Shown: in pieces, positions 38,987-48,894 of the stretch
Position numbering within the stretch: position 1 is the first letter of the stretch
Layout: each line of letters starts with the position of its first letter
Origin: Planctomycetota bacterium
Lineage (GTDB): Bacteria > Planctomycetota > Planctomycetia > Pirellulales > Pirellulaceae
Reading direction: 5' to 3'
DNA: 64,000 nt
Assembly (NCBI GenBank): GCA_029979005.1
Contig: JAPOIJ010000002.1
Location: 2,302 to 66,301 of the forward strand
Notes under the pieces: generated by a model
Told to the model about the DNA's origin: nothing
What the model saw: the letters and a program-made list of their open reading frames with translations, nothing else
Database searches by the model: none
Position numbers and translations under genes: made by a program

Positions 38987-41575
38987 TCACTTCGAAGCTT
39001 CGATAACTTCCTGAATTCTATCGAGGATCTTCATTGCCTCGGCTGGACCGAAAAGAGTATCGATCATGATCGCAGGCTCTTCCGGATAGTTCGGAGGATA
39101 AATCACGTTTACTGGAATAATGGAGCGGTTAACCCGCAATAAATCTAACGCGATTTCAGGTCTTCGTTTGGTGTCGTCAACTGAAATGAATTCAAAGTTT
39201 AGTTCTGCTAATTTCTTGAGAACGTCTGGATTCGAAAAGACACGCTTTTCGTTTACTTTGCAAGTCGGTCACCAATCAGCCGTGTAGTCAACCCAAATCG
39301 GACGGCCATTGTTCTTTAAGGTGTACTCGACTTTTCCCGGATTCCATTCTTGCCAACCGAGTCCGGCTACGTTTTGAGCACCGGTGGAAATCTGGTTTTT
39401 TGATTCCTCGACTGCTCCATAGCACATCCAAATTCCAATCGAGGCAATCACCAGAGGCAAGAGATAGCCAAAGGTCAATCGTTTTGAGAATTTAACACTT
39501 GATTCACTCCACTGTCCGTAGCAGTAGGCAGCAAGTGCGATGACTACGAGTGCCATCACGAGCCAGCTGAGTCCACTGACTCCTGTCTGTCCACCAAAGG
39601 CCTGCATAAAGAAAGCCACGGTTGCAAAAAGTGTGAATGCCATCGTCGCTTTGAAGGTTTCCATCCAAGGCCCGGGTTTGGGAAGTTTGTAAATTAGAGC
39701 CGGGAAGAACGAAAGCACGACGTAGGGTGATGAAATGCCCAATGCAAAAATGGTGAAAAGGAACATGGACGGCAGTGGATCCTGGGCCAGTGTATAGCTC
39801 ATCGCAGCACCTAAAAATGGACCCGAGCAGGGGGTTGCGATTAAAGTAGTGAGCACACCGGAAAGGAAGGAGCCAGTGTAACCTTTTTTCTGTCCACCAT
39901 CGACGCTCGAAAGGGATGTTCCAATCTCAAAAACACCCGCCATGTTTAATCCAAGAAGAAATAGCATGACGATAATGCCGCAGACGAAATATGGGTTGCC
40001 CATTTGAGCGCCCCAGTTAATTGCCTGACCAAACGAAAGCTTGACGAAAAGAACGGCTCCTCCGAGGATCCACATGGAAACAACCAGCCCAAACGCAAAG
40101 GCGATTCCGTGTTTGCGAATTTTCGCGGGTTCGCTGCCGGCCTGCATTACAAAGCCCATTACTTTTAGTCCGAGGACTGGAAATACACACGGCATGAGGT
40201 TGAGCAGCATCCCGCCAAAAAATGCTCCGAAGAGTGCGGTAATGAAGGTGGTTTTTCCAAGCGAACTAGTGCCTCCCGAGCCGACGGGGAATTTGTCAAG
40301 ATCTTCAAACAAGATGACTTTTTGTTTTTCGTCAGGGTCATAAAGGGTCTTCATGATTGCAATTTGTTCAGGCGAATCAGTAAGCAGGACGACTGGCTCG
40401 TCCTCCGTTTTGATTTCCTCGTCCCGTGCATCATCAGATGGGATTGAGCCCCCTGAAATCTCGTGCGGTTTGTTCGCGTTTTCAGCAGCTTCGTAAGAAG
40501 AGTCACTCCAGATCAGCGGGGCGGCGGCGACTTTTCCAAGGTTGAGCAATGCTGAGAATGCGATTCCAGTGGGTGGATCACAATGCGTTTCGTCACAGGT
40601 TTGAAGACCAAGAATTCCGCTAAACTGAAAAGGTTGCGTGGTTTTTGCGTTGCGAGGAATGGTGACGTAAAAACTAAGCGTGACGGGGTCGTAGTAGGCG
40701 AACATGGATTCCCCGAACGCTTCGCCAGCCTCCGGTTCTTCGGAGAGTTCCGGCCCCACGACACTCCAGCTGTTGGTTTCCGTCAGGCCCAGAATCATGG
40801 ACTTAATCTGGGTTTTTTCAAGGGAGTAAGAATAGACGTGCCAATCAATTGACGGTGTGATTGTGATTTCTAAGCGAGCCACGTCACCTGGTCGAAGTGG
40901 TTTGTCGGTGCCGGAGTTTCGAATGATTTGTCCACGAATGTTCGCGTGTGCACCACGAATCTTCCGGTCTTCGATTTTCAGTTCCGGCTGAATGAAATCC
41001 GGTGTGATTTTAAGGTCGTCATTAACGCCGTTGAACTTACTTTCGAGGTTGAATTCGAACTGTTTGCAATTGCCATTCGTTTCGCAGGTTTGCCCGCTGA
41101 TGACCAAATTAATCACTAATTTATCTGGGTTGATTTCAGTTGCAATTTCAAATGGAGCGGACCAAGAGACGCTGTTTTCAAATTCTTCACAGGGATTGTC
41201 AAATCCTTCTTCATTGACGATGTGCGGTTCTCTGTCCGGGCGGAACTTGCCGAGTAATTTGAAATCATCAGACTCACCTACACTAATACTCGTGGGGATA
41301 GGGCCATTTGTATCTTTCATTGAGAAGACATGCCAATTGGGAATGATATCGGCAGTGACTGTCAAAATCCCTTGGCGCGTGCCCGTGAGTATTTGAAAGC
41401 TGGTAGTGGCAGAAACTGGATCACTCGACTGAATGCTTCCAAACGGATCTAACTGATCTTGGAGAAAGAGGCCTTGCTCTTGTCCCCGGCAGGAGTTGTT
41501 TTTTTCTAAGCCGCAAAGAGCGAATGCTAAAAAGGCGAAGCAGAGAATGTAGTGACGGTTCAATAGTGACTGCAT
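38987..41575 (-). CDS. dsbD: DsbD-family thiol:disulfide interchange protein, probable selenoprotein (in-frame UGA at 39269-39271, 862 aa)
   Basis: Signal peptide; two N-terminal DsbD domains (QTCETNGNC, QTCDETHC); TM domain with LMPCVFPVL and ATPCSGPFL; thioredoxin domain VDYTADW-TGA-PTCKVNEKRVF continuing 93 codons to TGA 38987-38989 (translated by hand). Confidence 0.88.
39233..39251 (-). promoter_or_regulatory. Putative bacterial SECIS element
   Basis: Perfect 7-bp stem CGAAAAG/CTTTTCG with loop CGTGT, spanning +18 to +36 after the UGA; G is the second loop base and is followed by U. Confidence 0.65.
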
Positions 41576-41864
41576 TGAAAATGTCTTCCTGTGTTCAAAA
41601 CTTAAAACGAATTTTTGTAAGTCTTAAGTTGTTTTAGTCTGATCGTCTGCAACAGTTTAATTAATCGAATGTCACGATGAGAGTCTTACCCACCGGGGGG
41701 AAATTCTGTACTGGATTCGCCATTGAAACCGCTCCGACATCGTACCAAAAATTGCTGGACCGCTCCATCAATCTGATTCTACGTTGTGCGGATTTATTCA
41801 CTCGAAAGCTTCCCGTTTAAAAATTGTGTGACGAGAGACACATCTTTTCAGAGAATCCGATGCC

Positions 41865-42536
41865 TTATTTCTTTTTGGGTGTCGGCTTGGAAGCAGCATT
41901 AGATTTTTTGTCGGTTGGTTCAAAAAATCCGGCGAATTTCGCTGTCGTCTTTTTGCCGGAAATTGGCAGGCATGTCGTCTCGTCACATACTTGCCCGTCG
42001 ACCTCAAGTTGGATCGTCAATTCTTTGGCAGCGAGTGTTTCGTTTAGTTTTATTGGGATGAAAAACTGGACCACTCCGGAATGTTTCTCTAACCGCTTGC
42101 CAAAATCGGGATCGCTTTCAATGATTTTTGGCTTTTGATCCGGCGCAAAGGACTTCTTACCGGTTAATGAAAAATGAGGCGAGGGAGTGACTTTGATCGT
42201 TGTTTTTACGAAAGGCTCGGGTTGAGTGAGCGAGTAGATATAGCTGTTGTTGGGGAGTTCGAACTTGACAATCAAAAAACCCTCAGCGGATCCCTTTTTG
42301 AGATGAAATCGTGATGAGAGTCGAAAGGGTTTTTCAGCGTCCTCAGTCGTCCGCTCTTTAATCGGGCTGGTCGAGGTTTCCTGGGGCGCGAGCCTTACCT
42401 TGGTGTAAGGTGAGGCTGTCGTATTCAAAGGGATTGCTTGGGTTGAACTTGTGACAGGCCCAGGAGTCTGGCAATAGAACAGAACGATCGCGGTTAACGC
42501 GAAAGCGATAGGAGATATCAATGATTGAAACTGCAT
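41865..42536 (-). CDS. Stand-alone DsbD N-terminal-domain protein, exported
   Basis: Signal peptide, VKFELP..SYIYSL, EKHSGVVQF..PI, QVCDETTCLP Cys pair; upstream of dsbD on the same strand. Confidence 0.8.
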   Translation of the reverse strand: MQFQSLISPIAFALTAIVLFYCQTPGPVTSSTQAIPLNTTASPYTKVRLAPQETSTSPIKERTTEDAEKPFRLSSRFHLKKGSAEGFLIVKFELPNNSYIYSLTQPEPFVKTTIKVTPSPHFSLTGKKSFAPDQKPKIIESDPDFGKRLEKHSGVVQFFIPIKLNETLAAKELTIQLEVDGQVCDETTCLPISGKKTTAKFAGFFEPTDKKSNAASKPTPKKK

Positions 42537-42910
42537 CTGATCATCCTTGACCGTGGCGAAAACCGCCTAATATGCATGAATTGAACCGCCGATTCTGGCG
42601 GCGGAGAGTACCAAGGAGCAAGTCGTTATCTCAATGGCATTTTTGACTGAATTCAAAAATTCCCGGAATTGGCGGCGTTAAATTGAATTCTGCTATCACC
42701 TTTGATTAAAAATTTTGAACTAAGAAGAACGAATCGATGGGCTCTCCCTTTTTTTGCCGTCGGAAGTTGCTCTAAATTACCGAGATCTACTCATCAGTCA
42801 TCTATGAAGTTGGCGAGTCTTGGGTGTAAATTAGTTCGGCAGCGACGGCAAACATTGACGTAGCGATCAAGAGAGCAGCCGGTAAATGACCCAATGTCAT
42901 CGAGGGGTAA

Positions 42911-43264
42911 ATGATTATTTTTCTTACAGCGGATCTGATGATGGCCTCTACGGCGAGTTCACATGCTCGGCAAAACAATGTGACTCTGCAAACAGCGACC
43001 AGTGCTGAGGCGGCAATGGCGTTGGTCAAGGAAGCCCGCCCCCATCTGTTTTTGGTGGACTTACAAGTGCCAGGGTTGGGGATCACAGAATTGGGCGATG
43101 CGGTGCGAGGCCTACCCGATGCTCTTTGTCCAATGACGATAGCCTATGCTCAGCATGTCAATTTGGAGTCCTTGGACGAGGCACGTCGAGCTGGATTTGA
43201 CCAGGTTTTAACTCGTGGTCAGTTTAATCAGCAAGTTGGTACCATTATTGCTGACGCGAAGTGA
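42911..43264 (+). CDS. Atypical single-domain receiver (CheY-like) protein
   Basis: IIFLTADLM, ARPHLFLVDL, IAYAQHV, ARRAGFDQVLTRG; receiver-like pattern. Confidence 0.65.
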   Translation: MIIFLTADLMMASTASSHARQNNVTLQTATSAEAAMALVKEARPHLFLVDLQVPGLGITELGDAVRGLPDALCPMTIAYAQHVNLESLDEARRAGFDQVLTRGQFNQQVGTIIADAK

Positions 43265-43292
43265 TGCGGACTGCAGGAATCCGTTGGTGCAG

Positions 43293-44195
43293 TCAACTAT
43301 TTTGGTCGAAGAGACTGTCATTGTAAGCGAATACAGAAACTCCGAGTTTTTCCGCGACACGAATCGTTTCGTTCTGCTCAAGTATAATCGTGCGATCGGC
43401 TTCGATTGCAAGAACGCTTCCACCCTCGTGGGCAATGGTTTCAATGGTACCAACTCCAATGGTCGGTACATCGAACCGCATGTCTTGGTTCGGTTTGGAT
43501 ACCTTAACCACCGTAAACCCACCGGAGCAAAGGTTCCCGGCTCTGGCAATACACTGATCGGTTCCTTCGATGGCTTCGACAGCCAACACTGCTTGATTTT
43601 TAACGACGACGGTTTGCCCAATATCTAAGGCTCCCATTGCTTTGGCCATTTGCCAGCCGAATCGAATGTCCTTTAATTGGCTGTTGTTGGGTTGGTTCTT
43701 TGTCAGCGGCCCTGCTTTCACCAGTAACTCCGGAGCAAAATCAGTTGCGGGGGAAAATGTGATTCCTTCTGATTTGTACAATTCAACGACTGTGCTGAGG
43801 AGAGTGTCGTCCCGACGATCTTTCGATTTTGAAAGAATGATTGGGTAGAAATGTCGCCAAAATACCAAATCAGGAAAGTGCGTTATCAAGCTGGATTTTT
43901 TTTGAAACAGAAGCGTTTTGAATATTTTGCCAGCCATGGTGGCGTGTGCCACCCCCGCTTTGCGGAAAAAACGGCACTGGCCACCCATACGTGCCATGCC
44001 AAATACACGATAAGACGTGCAAATATCTTTTAACACAGGGTCGGCATGGTCTTTAATTCCCGTGCAGTGAACTTCGTAGCCCTGAGCCATTAGCGTCCGT
44101 GCGATGCAGACAGGGAAATGCCCCCAGCCTGCGACCAAGCCGATTTTTTTGGTTGCGAGGTTAGCTAAATTGGTATCTTGAGTTACTGTGGCCAT
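43293..44195 (-). CDS. lpxI: LpxI family UDP-2,3-diacylglucosamine diphosphatase
   Basis: IGLVAGWGHFP, LDIGQTVVV, LAVEAIEGTD, KPNQDMRFDVPTIG. Confidence 0.92.
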   Translation of the reverse strand: MATVTQDTNLANLATKKIGLVAGWGHFPVCIARTLMAQGYEVHCTGIKDHADPVLKDICTSYRVFGMARMGGQCRFFRKAGVAHATMAGKIFKTLLFQKKSSLITHFPDLVFWRHFYPIILSKSKDRRDDTLLSTVVELYKSEGITFSPATDFAPELLVKAGPLTKNQPNNSQLKDIRFGWQMAKAMGALDIGQTVVVKNQAVLAVEAIEGTDQCIARAGNLCSGGFTVVKVSKPNQDMRFDVPTIGVGTIETIAHEGGSVLAIEADRTIILEQNETIRVAEKLGVSVFAYNDSLFDQNS

Positions 44196-44221
44196 GGGGA
44201 ATTTTTAGGCGGAGATAAAGA

Positions 44222-45268
44222 CTAGGCAGCTCGTGATCCGTTGTCTTCAGAATCATTTAATTGATCAAGTTGCTTGGATAGCTTTTTGACCGTTCGCCGG
44301 AGTTCTGGAAGTTTGGAAGTAACCGCCTGAATTTGCATTTCTGTTCTTGCTGGCCTCGCGGGAATTCCGAAAATTCGCTGATTGCTTTCAACATCGTGCA
44401 TTAAGCCAGACTTTGCACCGATCGAAACATGCGAACCGATATTCAGGTGGTCGGCCAGCCCAACTTGTCCGCCCATAATAACGTAGTCGCCTGTTGAACA
44501 ACTTCCAGCAATACCAACTTGCGAGCAAAGCAGGTTGTGTTCTCCAATCATGCAATTATGCCCTACCATCACCAAATTATCGATTTTGGTTCCTGCGCCG
44601 ATTAGGGTTGAATCGTAGGTGCCACGATCGATGGTCGTGTTTGCTCCAATTTCCACGTCTTCGGCAATGATCACATTGCCAATTTGGGCGGAGAGAACAT
44701 GACGTCCTGTGTTGGACTGGTAGCCAAATCCAAAAGCCCCCAGCACCACACCGGCGTGAAGAATGGAACGGTCGCCCACGATCGTATTTTCATAGAGTAC
44801 CGAATTGGGAAAGACCTGAACATCTTCACCTAAGATGCAGTTTTCCATGATCGTGACGTTGGGGTAAATGATTGTGCCCGAGCCAATCTGGACGTTATCC
44901 ATGATGACTGCCCCGGGATGGACGCAGGCTTGCTCGTGAATCATGGCGCTGGGACTGACGATTGCCTGATCGCTGACACCTGTCTGAGTACGTTTTACCG
45001 TTGGTTTAAATCGCTCGGCAATCTCAACAAAAGCCTGGGTAACATCTTCCACGATCAGGCAAGCCTTTTCGGGGGGATCGACGTCGAATCCAATAACGGC
45101 TGCAAGTGCGGGGCTCTTTAAGAAGTCTTCGTAATATTTGGGGCTGGAGACGAACGTAATATCGTGCGCTGTCGCTCGCGAGATTGATGCTGCCCCAGAA
45201 ATTTCGAGGTCTGGGTTCTTTGTTAAACGCCCACCAATTATTTTGGTGAGCTCGCCTAAAAGCATCAT
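44222..45268 (-). CDS. lpxD: UDP-3-O-(3-hydroxyacyl)glucosamine N-acyltransferase
   Basis: Hexapeptide repeats, GAFGFGY, VEIGANTTIDRG, KIDNLVMVGHN, SQVGIAGS. Confidence 0.96.
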   Translation of the reverse strand: MMLLGELTKIIGGRLTKNPDLEISGAASISRATAHDITFVSSPKYYEDFLKSPALAAVIGFDVDPPEKACLIVEDVTQAFVEIAERFKPTVKRTQTGVSDQAIVSPSAMIHEQACVHPGAVIMDNVQIGSGTIIYPNVTIMENCILGEDVQVFPNSVLYENTIVGDRSILHAGVVLGAFGFGYQSNTGRHVLSAQIGNVIIAEDVEIGANTTIDRGTYDSTLIGAGTKIDNLVMVGHNCMIGEHNLLCSQVGIAGSCSTGDYVIMGGQVGLADHLNIGSHVSIGAKSGLMHDVESNQRIFGIPARPARTEMQIQAVTSKLPELRRTVKKLSKQLDQLNDSEDNGSRAA

Positions 45269-45471
45269 GATTCAGGCATCCTTTCCTAAGAATCCAGCAC
45301 AAGTTTCTAAACCGAGAATGAAGCGTTCAATGTAAGCCAAATGCGTCTTCTATGGCTATACTAATTTCTGATAGCAAGCCTCAAAAATGTTCGACTCGGT
45401 TCGTTGAAAGGTCTTGGGGGTGGCGTTTGTCTTTTGGAGTAATGGAATCCCGCTTATTGCCGTGTCTTCCT

Positions 45472-45509
45472 AATAAAAAAGCGAGCACTCCGATGAATCG
45501 AAGGCTCGC
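45472..45509 (-). terminator. Intrinsic terminator after the DUF1501 gene
   Basis: Minus strand GCGAGCCTTCGATTCATCGGAGTGCTCGC hairpin followed by TTTTTTATT, about 40 nt after the stop. Confidence 0.65.
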
Positions 45510-45548
45510 TGATTAGTTTTTTTTAGACGATTTAAGATTCGCCTGTTT

Positions 45549-46817
45549 TTACGAAACCAACTCTTTAATGACCTTGCCGCCGTTGGCGATTTTCATTGGT
45601 CGGCCACTTTGGCTGGTAAAGGTTGTTTCGAGTGATATTCCAAGTGAGTGGCAAACGGTCGCCATCAGATCTTCTGAGGATTGTGAAGGCCCGACAACAC
45701 TGGTGCCGTCCTCATTGGTCGCACCAACAGCGATACCGGAATTCATGCCTGCACCTCCGACAACTGCACTCCAGCTTCTTGCCCAGTGGTCACGTCCGGT
45801 GTTGCCGTTAATCCGGGGGGTTCGACTGAATTCTCCCATCCAGATCACTGCAACATCGTCGAGCATGTCACGTGCTGCCAAGTCTTCCATTAAGGCACTC
45901 ATTCCACGATCAAGCTCAGGGAGTTTATTGTTTTGGAGAGTTTGGAAGATGTTTTGGTGGTTATCCCAACCGCCAAGGCCAACTTCTACGAAAGGCACGC
46001 CCGACTCGACCAAACGGCGAGCCATCAAGCAGCCCCGTCCGAAATTAGTCTGACCGTAGCGTTCCTGAACGGATTCGGGCTCCTGCATGACCTTAAACGC
46101 TTTCATTTGTTCGCTGGTCATGAGGCTGAGAGTCTTGCTGAGAACCTTTGCGTGCTCGCCAGCGGCAATTCCACGGTTGGAATCAATGAAACCAGACTCC
46201 ATCATTTTGAGAGCCTGCATTCGCTGAGTCAGTCGATCCGGTTCGATTCCCATGTCTAGGTTGCGAACTTGTCCGTTTGAATTGACGGAGAACGGAGCCC
46301 ATGCCATGCCGAGAAATCCCGGGCCTTCGCTGTTACCGCCGACGGAAACAAAAGGTGGAATTTCAAGATCTTCTCGAGTTGACGAAAGTTCGTGGGCAAT
46401 CACAGAGCCATAACTCGGGTGCTTCACGTTTGGATTTGGCACGTAGCCGGTGTGCATGTAGTAACGGCCACGCATGTGGTCCGCTTCACGGGTGCTCATT
46501 GATCGCACGATTGAGAGCTTATCCATGTTCTTTGCCATCATGGGCATGTGCTCACAAATCTGCACATCTCCCGCGGTTGAAATTGGACGGAATGGCCCGC
46601 CGTTGTTGGAGCCGGGTTTGAGATCCCAAATGTCCATGGTAGACGGTCCGCCGCCCATCCAGAGTAAGATTGCAGCCTTCTTATTTTTCTTGAGTTGTTT
46701 CGTACTTGCCTTGAGTGTATTGCCCAGCGCAAGTGCGGTACCGGTCATCGCGGAGGCACCTGCGAGGTGACGCATGAAGTGGCGTCGGTTCATGCCCTGG
46801 GGTGTTTTGAAGTTCAT
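45549..46817 (-). CDS. DUF1501 domain protein with Tat signal
   Basis: MNRRHFM, LLWMGGGPSTMDIWDLKP, FGRGCLMARRLVESGVPFVEV..GGWDNH, MGEFSRTPRIN..GRDHW. Confidence 0.93.
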   Translation of the reverse strand: MNFKTPQGMNRRHFMRHLAGASAMTGTALALGNTLKASTKQLKKNKKAAILLWMGGGPSTMDIWDLKPGSNNGGPFRPISTAGDVQICEHMPMMAKNMDKLSIVRSMSTREADHMRGRYYMHTGYVPNPNVKHPSYGSVIAHELSSTREDLEIPPFVSVGGNSEGPGFLGMAWAPFSVNSNGQVRNLDMGIEPDRLTQRMQALKMMESGFIDSNRGIAAGEHAKVLSKTLSLMTSEQMKAFKVMQEPESVQERYGQTNFGRGCLMARRLVESGVPFVEVGLGGWDNHQNIFQTLQNNKLPELDRGMSALMEDLAARDMLDDVAVIWMGEFSRTPRINGNTGRDHWARSWSAVVGGAGMNSGIAVGATNEDGTSVVGPSQSSEDLMATVCHSLGISLETTFTSQSGRPMKIANGGKVIKELVS

Positions 46818-46919
46818 GGCGTCGTCCTTTGTGAAAAAATCAGTTGCTGTCTTAGTTTAATCGAATTGAAAGGCGTTGGGTGAGCCAAATGAAATTTTCT
46901 AGGCTCGCCGGAGGGATGT

Positions 46920-48626
46920 TTAGTGATTAAAAATGAACTCGTTCGTGTTAAGTATTACCCACCAAACGTCTCGAAGTGCCTCTTTCGGGTCTCCGTTTCT
47001 AGCTTTCAGGAACTGTTTAGCTAGGTTCTTTTCGTCGTTTTTAGGTTTTCTAGTCAGGCCAGCTATGAATAGCTGCTCAACAGATTGCGAATAGTTTTTG
47101 CCTGATTTCGCAAGGTTGTCGATCAGACTTCCTTTCTTGGTGTCGATGGCCTGTTTGACCATGTCTCCATTGAACAGCATCAATACCTGTGGAATCGTGC
47201 CATTGAAACTCGTCGATTCCTGACCTTCGTCTGTGCCAAAGGCTTGATTGAATTGGCCAAGCCATGTGTTTTTCTTGCGCTCCCGCTCTTCGTAACTTCC
47301 TTGCAATTCGATCGCTTCGGTGGCGACCATCATCGATTCGTAAAGTTGTTCGGCTTCCATTTGGCGAAGATAGAAATGTGAAAATTTCGGTGATTCACCA
47401 AGTAGCGGATCGTCACTTTGGTTGCTCGATGTACGCTTGCTCGAGAGACTGTAGGGTTTGCTTAAAGCAACCCAGGAGATGAGTTTCCGGAAGTCAAATT
47501 CAGCACGTCGAAATTCTTCCGAGAGGAACTCAAGTAATTCGGGGTTGGAAGGAATGTTGTGCGGTCCAAGGTCATCAACGGGAGCCGTAAATCCATAACC
47601 TAGGAAGTGTGCCCACATTCGATTAACGATGGAACGTGTCATGAAAGGCGAGGCAACCATCATCTTGGCAAGTTCGACTCGTCGGTTCACGACGTTAACT
47701 AGTCCGCTTCGTTCAATTTCGCTGCCGTCAACAAACACCGGATAGGCAACCTTGCTGAGGCCATTTCGCATTTCGAAAAAGATCTCTGACTTGCCTTGGC
47801 TTTCACCTCGAAAGTCCTGATCGGCCAGTTGAGCGACTCCGCCATCTCTCGGGCGGGCTCCACCCGGGAAGGCTCGTACCTGGCGAAAGAATGCATTCAT
47901 TTCCCAGTACTTTTGTTGCTTCCAGTCGTTAAACGGGTGGTTGTGACACTGGGTGCACTGAACCTGCAGGCCGAGAAAAATCTTTGTCGTTGCTGCCGTA
48001 GCGAGCGATGCCTTTTCCTCGTTTACCTTGTCGATGAGGAAGTTGGTCGCGCCATTGAATTTCTCATCACCCGGGGTCGTTGAACCGGTAGCCGTGACCA
48101 ATTCGTACACCATTTTGTCGTAGGGTTTCTCGCGAGCGAACGAATCCCGCAAATACTTTTGCATTCCGGGTCGGCTAATCATCGAATTGTTATCGTTTCC
48201 GCCAGTGCGACCAATTAATAGATTGGTCCAAACCGTCGTCCAGTTCCTTGCGAATTCTTCCGTGTAGGAATCATCGTAAAGTAGTTTTTCAACTAGTTTT
48301 TTCTTTTTATCGGAGTCGCGAGACTCCATGAATTCCATTGCCTCATCGTATGAAGGAACGCGTCCGATGATGTCTAGGTAAACACGTCGACACCACTCTC
48401 CGTCGGTTGCTTCTTTTGAAGGCTTTAGCTCATAGTCCGTCCAGACTTGCTCCACCAGTTTATTGATTTGGAGAACCGTCGAATCGGTATCGGAATTGGA
48501 TGGCGTCCTAAAAGAAACCTGAGAAGTTTGAGCGGGCAAGCTTGGAGCGAAGCTGAGAATCAAAATTGCCGAACAAAAAAAGCTCGCTGTGGTTAACCAA
48601 TTGTTCGTCTCGAACTGCTTGCCCAT
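46920..48626 (-). CDS. DUF1549/DUF1553 (PSCyt2/PSD1) domain exported protein
   Basis: EWCRRVYLDIIGRVP, FLGLQVQCTQCHNHPF, VNRMWAHFLGYG, NPELLEFL, LNTNEFIFNH. Confidence 0.93.
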   Translation of the reverse strand: MGKQFETNNWLTTASFFCSAILILSFAPSLPAQTSQVSFRTPSNSDTDSTVLQINKLVEQVWTDYELKPSKEATDGEWCRRVYLDIIGRVPSYDEAMEFMESRDSDKKKKLVEKLLYDDSYTEEFARNWTTVWTNLLIGRTGGNDNNSMISRPGMQKYLRDSFAREKPYDKMVYELVTATGSTTPGDEKFNGATNFLIDKVNEEKASLATAATTKIFLGLQVQCTQCHNHPFNDWKQQKYWEMNAFFRQVRAFPGGARPRDGGVAQLADQDFRGESQGKSEIFFEMRNGLSKVAYPVFVDGSEIERSGLVNVVNRRVELAKMMVASPFMTRSIVNRMWAHFLGYGFTAPVDDLGPHNIPSNPELLEFLSEEFRRAEFDFRKLISWVALSKPYSLSSKRTSSNQSDDPLLGESPKFSHFYLRQMEAEQLYESMMVATEAIELQGSYEERERKKNTWLGQFNQAFGTDEGQESTSFNGTIPQVLMLFNGDMVKQAIDTKKGSLIDNLAKSGKNYSQSVEQLFIAGLTRKPKNDEKNLAKQFLKARNGDPKEALRDVWWVILNTNEFIFNH

Positions 48627-48851
48627 TGATTGTCCCTGGTGGTGGATTTGTGTTGTAAGGCCAGCAAAGGTCCGCTTTTATTCCAAACGGAAACCCTCAC
48701 TAAAAATATTACGTTATTTTAGACTAAGCTCTGTTTTCCGTTCAACTTGAGTGTTTTAAAATTGAACATTTGTATCGTTTTGGTGTATCGAAATCGAACA
48801 ATTTGGGGAAGCCTTAGCTCTCTCGTTTTTGTCGTTCTGCCTCAATATCCA

Positions 48852-48894
48852 AGAAAAATGGCCTAGACTGCTCGAAAAAGTGAGCAGTCTAGGC
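48852..48894 (-). terminator. Strong intrinsic terminator in the intergenic region
   Basis: Perfect 13-bp inverted repeat GCCTAGACTGCTC (48861-48873) / GAGCAGTCTAGGC (48882-48894), followed on the minus strand by CATTTTTCTT. Confidence 0.75.

Noticed and set aside
39269-41575. DsbD as a 768 aa protein or pseudogene ending at TGA 39269
   Set aside because: The stop falls inside the WCxxC motif, the downstream frame is intact for 93 codons and a SECIS-like hairpin follows; recoding explains this better. A nonsense mutation is not fully excluded.
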